A DNA stretch of 64,000 nucleotides, taken from the NCBI GenBank assembly GCA_040954595.2, contig CM082585.2:2076902-2140901 (forward strand), written 5' to 3'. This DNA is from Balanoglossus misakiensis. Its lineage: Eukaryota > Animalia > Hemichordata. This document shows positions 41,990-53,550 of this stretch, piece by piece. A program made the position numbers and the translations under genes. The number at the start of each line of letters is the position of its first letter. The first letter of the stretch is position 1. Under the pieces are notes generated by a model. It was not told where the DNA came from. It saw only the letters and a list, made by a program, of their open reading frames with translations, and made no database searches.

Positions 41990-42950
41990 CTGCAGGCCAT
42001 TCCCTGGGTTTTTTTGGTGTTTCGTCCCTGAATTCTTTATCGTTAAAGGGGCAATCTGTGGAAGCATGCCGTGTTTCCTAATGCCTAAAGCGCAAACAGG
42101 CGGAGCAGACATGCTTTTCCAATTTGCCCTCCACTACATGATCAGAGATTTGGCTACATTTGTGATCTTGAAAGGCAGAGCAATAGCGAGAGTGACGGTT
42201 TTTCTTAGCGCTAGGCTTAACTGGTTGATCCACACTAATTTGGGGAGGGTTTCTGACGAATCTGGTATGCAGGTTGTCAAAATCGTCGCCCCACACCAAC
42301 AACCCCTGCTCAAGGTATTGTAAAATAATTATTGAGTGGTATTTACGGACCCTCTCCCAAGAATACAACTGAGCGTCAGTGACAATGTTTTGCAAGTTTG
42401 CTAAACGATTGACAGTGGAAGCATTATCTAAACTCATCCCTAATATGATGTCACATGAATCCTTCAAATCTTCTTTGGCACTACACTTCACCAAACCAGA
42501 AAACTGACATTTTTGATGTCCTGTACTATAGGGTGCACTCACTGGCAAAGCCTTCAATATGTTGAAGTTGGCCAGTAAGGTAGATATATAGATAGATTCA
42601 GTTCACCCGATACCAGCTGTGGTAAAGTCAATTCATCATAAGTAATTGCCTCTGGTTTGTGCGGGTTGGGGTCTCGGATTTATTTGTGTGGCCATGGTAT
42701 GTACATGAGAACCCTGTCTGTTGGTTTCCTCTTGGCGCCACTTTTTATTCTTTTACCTTTTGTCCTGGCGGTAGTCGATGGCTGGAGAAGCCTGTTCCTC
42801 GTCCTCGTGCGCGGAGCGTTCCGTTTCTCTACCTGTTTCTTCCCGTCGCCATGTCTGCTGTCTGCATCGTCGCTGGAGAAGTAGTATGTGCATGTGTATG
42901 TGTGCGATGTTCGCGATGTTCGTGTATTTCTTTCAACAAACTCCGAAATC
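41990..42950 (-). pseudogene. Ngaro-type gag-like ORF with Cys/His finger, disrupted
   Basis: KSGAKRKPTDRVLMYIPWPH, ITYDELTLPQLVSGE, YSWERVRKYH and YCSAFQDHKC..H..KHVCSAC..H, positioned upstream of RT. Confidence 0.7.
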
Positions 42951-42959
42951 AGTTCTTTC

Positions 42960-43710
42960 CACATTGAGTGTCTACATAGTCCTGGAATCTTACTGGTCTT
43001 CTCACAACGCGTCCTCTGGAAGTGGTTTTCACTGACTGGTTGCCTGTGGCATCTGCTTGCGTCATACTGCTACAAACCGAGTTAGGATTGGTTACCGTCA
43101 TCTCTTTGAGAGGTTTTACATCTGGCGTAGTTTCTTCAACAGCAGGTGGTTGACAATGCTTTACAAGCAGGTGGTCATCAGCGACATCTGGAACAACTGG
43201 CATTTCTTTTGTTTTCCTGGTCACGGCGGTTTCTACGGTACATGTGTCCATCTGACTCGACAATATATGATCGTGGTGTATTTGCTCTGGACTGTACAAC
43301 TGCTGGTTTCCATCCTTTGGGTGTCTTCATCCTCACAAACTCATCGTTTGATAAACTGGGCAGATGTTTGGCATGCTGGTCATGATATTATTTCTGTCTT
43401 TGTTTCAATGTTTCTAGGCTTGGCTTTACATTCTCAACTTGTTTGGGCTTCAGCAAAATCTCGCTGGTTGGAAAGAGTGTTTTTGGTTCTCCTACCCATG
43501 AGTCTCTGCCCAGGTGATCCCAACTGACTGTCACGTGGTATGTTTCTATGATCCAGCAGAGCTAAATATGGATCCTTGTTATTTCGCTTGGCTTTCTTCA
43601 TAAGCGATAAATTTGCACTTTTGACTGCATTTTCTGCCATGCCATTAGATTTGGGGTATCTTGGACTTGATGTGACATGTTCAAATCCATAGGCAGCTGC
43701 AAACTTGACA
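42960..43710 (-). pseudogene. Ty3/Gypsy integrase C-terminal fragment (Mag-like), frameshifted, no LTR seen
   Basis: FAAAYGFEHVTSSPRYPKSNGMAENAVK..DPYLALLDHRNIP..SPGQRLMGRRTK. Another frame gives PRSYIVESDGHMYRRNRR, and the terminal TTSRGRVVRRPVRFQDYV is present. Confidence 0.88.
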
Positions 43711-44386
43711 TGTATATTTTTGAGCTGAACAATAAACTTGTTTAATACTTTACTTGCCAAAATAAAACAACTCGTGAGTGACTTGGTCAGTTGTCATGGT
43801 TCAGTATGTAAAAAATGAAATAATACATTTTATGGGTACGTACCCATACAATGTGACGTTACTTGCGCAGTTAGTTGTTGTTAGAGTAAACAAAAGATCA
43901 CGTGATTGTGACGTTACAGTTTTTCGTGTAGTATGGGCGGTTCATTCAAACATGTTGTTTACCATCGGACCTTTTCTATGAAACCTTATATCGTTATATG
44001 GGCAAATTCAACCCGAATCCATGGGTAGGGCAATTCTTTTCATGTTAAAGGTTTGTTCATCGATATTTATTTCACAAAGAAAAAAATATATATCCAAAAT
44101 GGTATTTGCCATCAACTGGGCAGTTAAACATAGCTGAATGAAGTACAGTAATCTAAAAGACATATATAAAGCGATGATATCTCCATTACTCGAATTTCAA
44201 TTTTAATGGCAACATCTCCCGTAAAATGCGGACCTCACTTTAGGTATTTGTTGATGCAGCGTTATTTTCATTGTATGTATTACCCTTGTTTGATAAGTTC
44301 CCTTTTATGAGATCTGACTTTCACTATAATAGACACAATGCTGGCTATCAACCGGAAATTGCGTCACTTCCTCATTTCATTCGTTG

Positions 44387-45023
44387 AACAAAAAATCGCG
44401 TCAAGGACACAGTGGTCCCATTGAGGGAATACACAAGAAAAAGTCTACACCGGAGTATATGGCCATATACAGACAGACAGACAGACACACACACACACAC
44501 AAACAAACACACTCACGCACACACACACACACACATACACACACATACACACACAGCAAGAGATCAATGGGCGAGCACTGACTGACCCATAAGCTGCCAA
44601 TGGCATATGTACTGTACATACACTAAATAGAACAGCTGGCCTCTTTAAAACTTAGCCAGTTATGTAATCATTCAGGAATTTGCTGTGTATATAAACAACA
44701 AAATAAAGTAAATACACACCACTTCGCAAAGCAATCTGACCAGTCGTTCTTTGGTTACTGAGTTATGACCAAATTCACATTTTCCATCTAATTTGCATAT
44801 TTTGGGCAATGACAATTTCATTTGAACAAACTCCCATCTACAGCCCAGCCTGCATCTGGCACACCAAATATCAAGGTGATACACGCAGTGGTTTTCAAGT
44901 TTTTGATGTGGACGGACATACAGACATACATCCATACATACATACATACATACATAAATACATGCAGACGCAACCGATCCCATAAGGTCCCATGGTATAT
45001 ATGCCTATACCAATGGGACCTAA
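44387..45023 (-). mobile_element. Complete non-autonomous Helentron-associated element (HINE/DINE-1-like), ~637 bp
   Basis: The minus-strand 5' end is TTAGGTCCCATTGGTATAGGCATATATACCATGGGACCT (subTIR + IR hairpin), followed by a (GTAT/GTCY)n microsatellite. The 3' subTIR CAATGGGACC (44414-44423) is followed by a short hairpin GTGTC-CTT-GACGC and a T-run. No TSD; T-rich ends. About 300 bp (44727-45023) are shared with 53037-53333. Confidence 0.85.
44469..44555. repeat. (ACAG)n/(CA)n compound microsatellite
   Basis: acagacagacagacagacacacacacacac...acacacacac read directly from the sequence. Confidence 0.95.
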
Positions 45024-45876
45024 CAACCTTGAATCCGCAGGCAGCCCGTTGATATCTGTGAATAAGGAGGGTAGAAATTGTGCAAATTATTTCAAACATC
45101 AAAAATGAGTTAAGATGGTGCTGTATATCATGTGTATTACTTTGCATGTTTTTGATACGTTGTGCGTTATTTTGAACGCCTTAAAGGGAAAGTTAAGTCG
45201 AACCGATTTAGTATTATGTGTTAGCAATGGGTTCAGTTATTCAGGGGAATAAACATTTCGCCTTCTCAGACTCATGTGATTTTGCACAAAAAGGGAAAGA
45301 GATTCTTCGATATCAAATGATGTCAGACGTGCTCAGACGGCAGTTACGTTGGCATTCAAATTTCCAGATGACGGGCAACTTCAGCAACGTGGTGCAGACA
45401 AATACTGTGCAGACGAAATGCAATGAGGTTGATGAGGCCCCATACCTGATACATGTTGTGTATTTGGCGGTTATAAAGTAAAAACATACTCCGAAAAACT
45501 TTTGCCGAAATATCTGAAAATGACAACGCCGTGGGTTACATGGCCAGATCACGTGTTTAATAGTAAAGAATTGGCAGAAGATACATTCTAGGGCTACATC
45601 AAATTATACTTTTTGAATCAAAAAGTGCTTTCATGATTTCTATGATAACAAGATGTGAATATTATTATTTGATAACAAATCTCTCCTCACAAAAGAATAG
45701 AAAGGTTTGGAGCATTATCATTTTGTCAAGTCTGTCCAGAGGCACATACTGCCTTATGATGATTACATAGGCCTAATTAATTAATTTTTTCCTTAAAGGG
45801 ACAAAGTCTCTCTCTCGCTGCCCCCTTTCCATTGATTATGTTTGATTCAACACACCCTGTGTATATATAGTGAATC

Positions 45877-46019
45877 AACGTTCGACCACACATGTTTGTA
45901 GGATATGAGAGTCAAAATCTCGCCCAAATGAATAAACGGTAGAGACCGATTATTCATTTTGGCGAGTTTTTCACTCTCGTGTCTGCATGTGGGATGAAAG
46001 GTGTGTGTGGTCGAACGTT
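45877..46019. repeat. 143-bp imperfect inverted repeat (fold-back / MITE-like)
   Basis: Outer arms AACGTTCGACCACACA (45877-45892) and TGTGTGGTCGAACGTT (46004-46019) are perfect. Inner arms 45902-45940 and 45945-45983 match at 33/39 around an AGAG loop. Confidence 0.9.
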
Positions 46020-46023
46020 TAGT

Positions 46024-46731
46024 CAGGTGGAAATTTCAGAAAATGAGCATTTTAAAAGCATGTCAGGCATTTTTTGGTACAAGCTGGGAACAAGTTGTTT
46101 TTGGATATTTCGAATACGCTGATTTCGAAGTTGCCTGTTCCCAAAAATTCTTTTCACGTTTTCATGTCGAAAATGGCAAATTAATTTGTGACGTCATAAT
46201 TTCAAAATACCTAAAAGAAAACGCTGTTTGTAGCCATTATGGCGCAATATCACAGGTCAACACCATAATAGTCTATTGAAATCATATTCTTATATTCATT
46301 TAAATATTTTTAAACAATTTTTTTAATTTAGAAACATTTTGTGAATTGGTAAAATGCTAATTTATGTTAATTAGGTCCAGGTGGAAATTTCAGAAAATGA
46401 GCATTTTAAAAGCATGTCATTCATTTTTTTGGTACAAGCTGGGAACAAGTTGTTTTTGGATATTTCGAATACGCTGATTTCGAATTTGCCTGTTCCCAAA
46501 AATTCTTTTCACGTTTTCATGTCGAAAATGGCAAATTAATTTGTGACGTCATAATTTCAAAATACCTAAAAGAAAACGCTGTTTGTAGCCATTATGGTGC
46601 AATATCACAGGTCAACACCATAATAGTCTATTGAAATCATATTCTTATATTCATTTAAATATTTTAAGCATTTTTTTAAATTTAGAAACGTTTGGTGAAT
46701 TGGTAAAAATGCTAATTTATGTTAATTAGGT
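46024..46731. repeat. Tandem duplication of a 354-bp unit (2 copies)
   Basis: CAGGTGGAAATTTCAGAAAATGAGC... starts at 46024 and again at 46378. The copies are nearly identical through ...TTTATGTTAATTAGGT. Confidence 0.97.
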
Positions 46732-46732
46732 G

Positions 46733-49700
46733 ACAGTCGTAAATTTGTCATTTTTTGATGATTTTTACCCATGATTTTTTTTCAAAAATGGACGAAATTT
46801 TGAGCTTTTGCAAAGTCGAAAATTTGTCATTTTTTTATTATTTTCACCTATGATTTTTTTCAAAAATCGACGAAATTTTGAGATTTTGCAAAGACGAAAA
46901 TTTGTCATTTTTTGATGATTTTCACCCATGATTTTTTCATAAATTGACGAAATTTTGAGATTTTGCAAAGTCGAAAATTTGTCATTTTTTGATGATTTTC
47001 ACCCATGATTTTTTTCAAAAATCGACGAAATGTTGAGATTTTGCAAAGTCGAAAATTTGTCATTTTTTGATGATTTTCACCCATGATTTTTTTCAAAAAT
47101 CGACGAAATGTTGAGCATTTGCAAAGTCGAAAATTTGTCATTTTTTGATGATTTTCACCTATGATTTTTTTCCAAAATCGACGAAATGTTGAGATTTTGC
47201 AAAGTCGAAAATTTGTCATTTTTTGATGATTTTCACCCATGATTTTTTTCAAAAATCGACGAAATGTTGAGATTTTGCAGTCGAAAATTTGTCATTTTTA
47301 ATGATTTTCCCCCATGTTTTTTTTCAAAAATCGACGAAATTTTGAGATTTTGCAGTCAAAAATTTGTCATTTTTTGATGATTTTCACCTATGATTTTTTT
47401 CAAAAATCGACGAAATGTTGAGATTTTGCAAAGTCGAAAATTTGTCATTTTTTGATGATTTTCACCCATGATTTTTTTCAAAAATCGACGAAATGTTGAG
47501 ATTTTACAGTCGTAAATTTGTCATTTTTTGATGATTTTTACCCATGATTTTTTTTCAAAAATGGACGAAATTTTGAGCTTTTGCAAAGTCGAAAATTTGT
47601 CATTTTTTTTATTATTTTCACCTATGATTTTTTTCAAAAATCGACGAAATTTTGAGATTTTGCAAAGACGAAATTTTGTCATTTTTTGATGATTTTCACC
47701 CATGATTTTTTCATAAATTGACGAAATTTTGAGATTTTGCAAAGTCGAAAATTTGTCATTTTTTGATGATTTTCACCCATGATTTTTTTCAAAAATCGAC
47801 GAAATGTTGAGATTTTGCAAAGTCGAAAATTTGTCATTTTTTGATGATTTTCACCCATGATTTTTTTCAAAAATCGACGAAATGTTGAGATTTTGCAAAG
47901 TCGAAAATTTGTCATTTTTTGATGATTTTCACCCATGATTTTTTTCAAAAATCGACGAAATGTTGAGATTTTGCAGTCGAAAATTTGTCATTTTTGATGA
48001 TTTTTACCCATGATTTTTTTTCAAAAATGGACGAAATTTTGAGCATTTGCAAAGTCGAAAATTTGTCATTTTTTGATGATTTTCACCCATGATTTTTTTC
48101 AAAAATCGACGAAATGTTGAGTTTTTGCAAAGTCGAAAATTTGTCATTTTTTGATGATTTTCACCCATGATTTTTTTCAAAAATCGACGAAATGTTGAGA
48201 TTTTGCAGTCGAAAATTTGTCATTTTTTGATGGTTTTCCCCCATGTTTTTTTTCAAAAATCGACGAAATTTTGAGATTTTGCAGTCAAAAATTTGTCATT
48301 TTTTGATGATTTTCACCCATATTATTTTTCAAAAACCGACGAAATTTTGAGATTTTGCAAAGACGAAAATTTGTCATTTTTTGATGATTTTCACCCATGA
48401 TTTTTTCATAAATTGACGAAATTTTGAGATTTTGCAAAGTCGAAAATTTGTCATTTTTTGATGATTTTCACCCATGATTTTTTTCAAAAATCGACGAAAT
48501 GTTGAGATTTTGCAAAGTCGAAAATTTGTCATTTTTTGATGATTTTCACCCATGATTTTTTTCAAAAATCGACGAAATGTTGAGATTTTGCAAAGTCGAA
48601 AATTTGTCATTTTTTGATGATTTTCACCCATGATTTTTTTCAAAAATCGACGAAATGTTGAGATTTTTTGATGATTTTCACCCATGATTTTTTTCAAAAA
48701 TCGACGAAATGTTGAGATTTTACAGTCGTAAATTTGTCATTTTTTGATGATTTTTACCCATGATTTTTTTTCAAAAATGGACGAAATTTTGAGCTTTTGC
48801 AAAGTCGAAAATTTGTCATTTTTTTTATTATTTTCACCTATGATTTTTTTCAAAAATCGACGAAATTTTGAGATTTTGCAAAGACGAAAATTTGTCATTT
48901 TTTGATGATTTTCACCCATGATTTTTTCATAAATTGACGAAATTTTGAGATTTTGCAAAGTCGAAAATTTGTCATTTTTTGATGATTTTCACCCATGATT
49001 TTTTTCAAAAATCGACGAAATGTTGAGATTTTGCAAAGTCGAAAATTTGTCATTTTTTGATGATTTTCACCCATGATTTTTTTCAAAAATCGACGAAATG
49101 TTGAGATTTTGCAAAGTCGAAAATTTGTCATTTTTTGATGATTTTCACCCATGATTTTTTTCAAAAATCGACGAAATGTTGAGATTTTGCAGTCGAAAAT
49201 TTGTCATTTTTGATGATTTTTACCCATGATTTTTTTTCAAAAATGGACGAAATTTTGAGCATTTGCAAAGTCGAAAATTTGTCATTTTTTGATGATTTTC
49301 ACCCATGATTTTTTTCAAAAATCGACGAAATGTTGAGTTTTTGCAAAGTCGAAAATTTGTCATTTTTTGATGATTTTCACCCATGATTTTTTTCAAAAAT
49401 CGACGAAATGTTGAGATTTTGCAGTCGAAAATTTGTCATTTTTTGATGGTTTTCCCCCATGTTTTTTTTCAAAAATCGACGAAATTTTGAGATTTTGCAG
49501 TCAAAAATTTGTCATTTTTTGATGATTTTCACCCATATTATTTTTCAAAAACCGACGAAATTTTGAGATTTTGCAAAGACGAAAATTTGTCATTTTTTGA
49601 TGATTTTCACCCATGATTTTTTCATAAATTGACGAAATTTTGAGATTTTGCAAAGTCGAAAATTTGTCATTTTTTGATGATTTTCACCCATGATTTTTTT

Positions 49701-52700
49701 CAAAAATCGACGAAATGTTGAGATTTTGCAAAGTCGAAAATTTGTCATTTTTTGATGATTTTCACCCATGATTTTTTTCAAAAATCGACGAAATGTTGAG
49801 ATTTTGCAAAGTCGAAAATTTGTCATTTTTTGATGATTTTCACCCATGATTTTTTTCAAAAATCGACGAAATGTTGAGATTTTGCAGTCGAAAATTTGTC
49901 ATTTTTGATGATTTTTACCCATGATTTTTTTTCAAAAATGGACGAAATTTTGAGCATTTGCAAAGTCGAAAATTTGTCATTTTTTGATGATTTTCACCCA
50001 TGATTTTTTTCAAAAATCGACGAAATGTTGAGTTTTTGCAAAGTCGAAAATTTGTCATTTTTTGATGATTTTCACCCATGATTTTTTTCAAAAATCGACG
50101 AAATGTTGAGATTTTGCAGTCGAAAATTTGTCATTTTTGATGATTTTTACCCATGATTTTTTTTCAAAAATGGACGAAATTTTGAGCATTTGCAAAGTCG
50201 AAAATTTGTCATTTTTTGATGATTTTCACCTATGATTTTTTTCAAAAATGGACGAAATGTTGAGATTTTGCAAAGTCGAAAATTTGTCATTTTTTGATGA
50301 TTTTCACCCATGATTTTTTTCAAAAATCGACGAAATGTTGAGATTTTGCAGTCGAAAATTTGTCATTTTTTAATGATTTTCCCCCATGTTTTTTTTCAAA
50401 AATCGACGAAATTTTGAGATTTTGCAGTCAAAAATTTGTCATTTTTTGATGATTTTCACCTATGATTTTTTTCAAAAATCGACGAAATGTTGAGATTTTG
50501 CAAAGTCGAAAATTTGTCATTTTTTGATGATTTTCACCCATGATTTTTTTCAAAAATCGACGAAATGTTGAGATTTTACAGTCGTAAATTTGTCATTTTT
50601 TGATGATTTTTACCCATGATTTTTTTTCTAAAAATGGACGAAATTTTGAGCTTTTTCAAAGTCGAAATTTTGTCATTTTTTGATGATTTTCACCTATGAT
50701 TTTTTTCAAAAATCGACGAAATGTTGAGATTTTGCAAAGTCGAAAATTTGTCATTTTTTGATGATTTTCACCCATGATTTTTTTCAAAAATCGACGAAAT
50801 TTTGAGATTTTGCAAAGTCGCAAATTTGTCATTTGTTGATGATTTTCATCCATGATTTTTTTTTAAAAATCGACGAAATTTTGAAATTTTGCAAAGTCGA
50901 AAATTTGTCATTTTTTGATGATTTTCACCAATGTTGTTTTTAAAAAATCGACGAACCCATGATTTTTTTCAAAATCGACGAAATTTTGAGATTTTGCAAA
51001 GTCGAAAATTTGTCATTTTTTGATGATTTTCAACCATTATTTTTTTTCAAAAATCGACGAAATTTTGAGATTTTGCAAAGTCGAAAATTTGTCATTTTTT
51101 GACGATTTTCCCCAATGATTTTTTTCAAAAATCGACGAAATTTTGAGATTTTGCAAAGTCGAAAATTTGTCATTTTTTGATGATTTTCACCCATGTTTTT
51201 TTTAAAAAAATCGACGAACCTATGATTTTTTTCAAAATCGACGAAATTTTGAGATTTTGCAAAGTCGAAAATTTGACATTTTTTGATGATTTTCAACCAT
51301 TATTTTCTTTCAAAAATCGACGAAATTTTGAGATTTTGCAAAGTCGAAAATTTGTCATTTTTTGATGATTTTCAACCATTATTTTTTTTCAAAAATCGAC
51401 GAAATTTTGAGATTTTGCAAAGTCGAAAATTTGTCATTTTTTGATGATTTTCCCCAATGATTTTTTTCAAAAATCGACGAAATTTTGAGATTTTGCAAAG
51501 TCGAAAATTTGTCATTTTTTGATTATTTTCCCCAATGATTTTTTTCAAAAATCGACGAAATTTTGAGATTTTGCAAAGTCGAAAATTTGTCATTTTTTGA
51601 TGATTTTCACCCATGTTTTTTTAAAAAAAATCGACGAACCTATGATTTTTTTCAAAATCGACGAAATTTTGTGATTTTGCAAACTCGAAAATTTTGTCAT
51701 TTTTTGATGATTTTCACCTATGATTTTTTTTCAAAAATCGACGAAATTTTGAGATTTTGCAAAGTCGAAAATTTGTCATTTTTTGATGATTTTCACCCAT
51801 GATTTTTTTCAAAAATCGACGAAATGTTGAGATTTTGCAGTCGAAAATTTGTCATTTTTTGATGATTTTTACCCATGATTTTTTTTCAAAAATGGACGAA
51901 ATTTTGAGCTTTTGCAAAGTCGAAAATTTGTCATTTTTTGATGATTTTCACCTATGATTTTTTTCAAAAATCGACGAAATGTTGAGATTTTGCAAAGTCG
52001 AAAATTTGTCATTTTTTGATGATTTTCACCCATGATTTTTTTCAAAAATCGACGAAATTTTGAGATTTTGCAAAGTCGAAAATTTGTCATTTGTTGATGA
52101 TTTTCATCCATGATTTTTTTTTAAAAATCGACGAAATTTTGAGATTTTGCAAAGTCGAAAATTTGTCATTTTTTGATGATTTTCACCAATGTTGTTTTTA
52201 AAAAATCGACGAACCCATGATTTTTTTCAAAATCGACGAAATTTTGAGATTTTGCAAAGTCGAAAATTTGTCATTTTTTGATGATTTTCACCCATGATTT
52301 TTTTCAAAAATCGACGAAATTTTGAGATTTTGCAAAGTCGAAAATTTGTCATTTTTTGATGATTTTCCCCAATGATTTTTTTCAAAAATCGACGAAATTT
52401 TGAGATTTTGCAAAGTCAAAAATTTGTCATTTTTTGATGATTTTCACCCATGTTTTTTTTAAAAAAATCGACGAACCTATGATTTTTTTCAAAATCGACG
52501 AAATTGTGTGATTTTGCAAACTCGAAAATTTTGTCATTTTTTGATGATTTTCAACCATGATTTTTTTTCAAAAATCGACGAAATTTTGAGATTTTGCAAA
52601 GTCGAAAGTTTTGTCATTTTTTGATGATTTTCACCCATGATTTTTTCAAAAATTGATGAAATTTTGAGATTTTGCAAAGTCGAAAATTTGTCATTTTTTG

Positions 52701-53038
52701 ATGATTTTCACCCATGTTTTTTTAAAAAAAATCGACGAACCTATGATTTTTTTCAAAATCGACGAAATTTTGTGATTTTGCAAACTCGAAAATTTTGTCA
52801 TTTTTTGATGATTTTCACCTATGATTTTTTTTCAAAAATCGACGAAATTTTGAGATTTTGCAAAGTCGAAAATTTGTCATTTTTTGATGATTTTCACCCA
52901 TGATTTTTTTCAAAAATCGACGAAATGTTGAGATTTTGCAGTCGAAAATTTGTCATTTTTTGATGATTTTTACCCATGATTTTTTTTCAAAAATGGACGA
53001 AATTTTGAGATTTTGCAGTCAAAAATTTGTCATTTTTT
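46733..53038. repeat. 78-bp A/T-tract-rich satellite, ~80 copies
   Basis: Unit GATTTTTTTCAAAAATCGACGAAATGTTGAGATTTTGCAAAGTCGAAAATTTGTCATTTTTTGATGATTTTCACCCAT. The 26-aa periodic ORFs in the track reflect the 78-bp period. Confidence 0.99.
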
Positions 53039-53150
53039 AGGTCCCATTGGTATAGGCCTATATACCATGGGACCTTATGGGATGGGTTGCGTCTGTATGT
53101 ATGTATGGATGGATGTATGGATGTATGGATGTATGTCTGTATGTCCGTCC
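53037..53150 (+). other. Helentron 5' terminus: TT, subTIR/IR hairpin and GTAT/GGAT/GTCC microsatellite
   Basis: AGGTCCCATTGGTATA (53039-53054) pairs with TATACCATGGGACCT (53061-53075) with one bulge. Microsatellite at 53091-53150. Confidence 0.85.
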
Positions 53151-53550
53151 ACATCAAAAACTTGAAAACCGCTGCGCGTATCACCTCAATATTTGGTGTG
53201 TAGGTGCAGGCTGGGCTGTAGATTGGAGTTTGTCCAAACGAAGTTGCCAGGCCCAAAAATATGCAAATTAGCTGGTAAAATGTGGAATTGATCAAAACTC
53301 TGTAAGTCAACAATTACTGGTCAGATTGCTTTGAAAATTGGTATGCATGTACCATATGTCAACCTCACACCGACCTTTTAGTGTTAAGTTGATATCATGG
53401 ATGTTTTATTTTTAAAGATTTTTTAGTCTTTTTATTAAATTTATACCTTTACTTATACCTCTATGGTTAAGCTATGTCCACGTCTTATTGTGGGATTCTG
53501 GTCTGTGCAATAGTCCTGTACAGTGATTGTCTATTGGTCAGTGAGCACAA

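Larger units (their letters stand above)
39523..42950 (-). mobile_element. Degenerate tyrosine-recombinase retrotransposon (DIRS order, Ngaro-like); no terminal repeats found
   Basis: Order gag - RT/RNase H - YR on the minus strand, with no methyltransferase domain seen. Multiple stops and frameshifts. Confidence 0.88.

Noticed and set aside
46765-52903. 26-aa repeat proteins (MGENHQKMTNFRLCKIS...)
   Set aside because: A by-product of the 78-bp period; frames are broken constantly by homopolymer indels.
46733-53038. Hammerhead ribozyme in the 78-bp unit (TGATGA...GACGAAA)
   Set aside because: The core would need CTGATGA and a closing stem II pair. The unit has TTGATGA followed by T-runs, and no consistent stems I/III.
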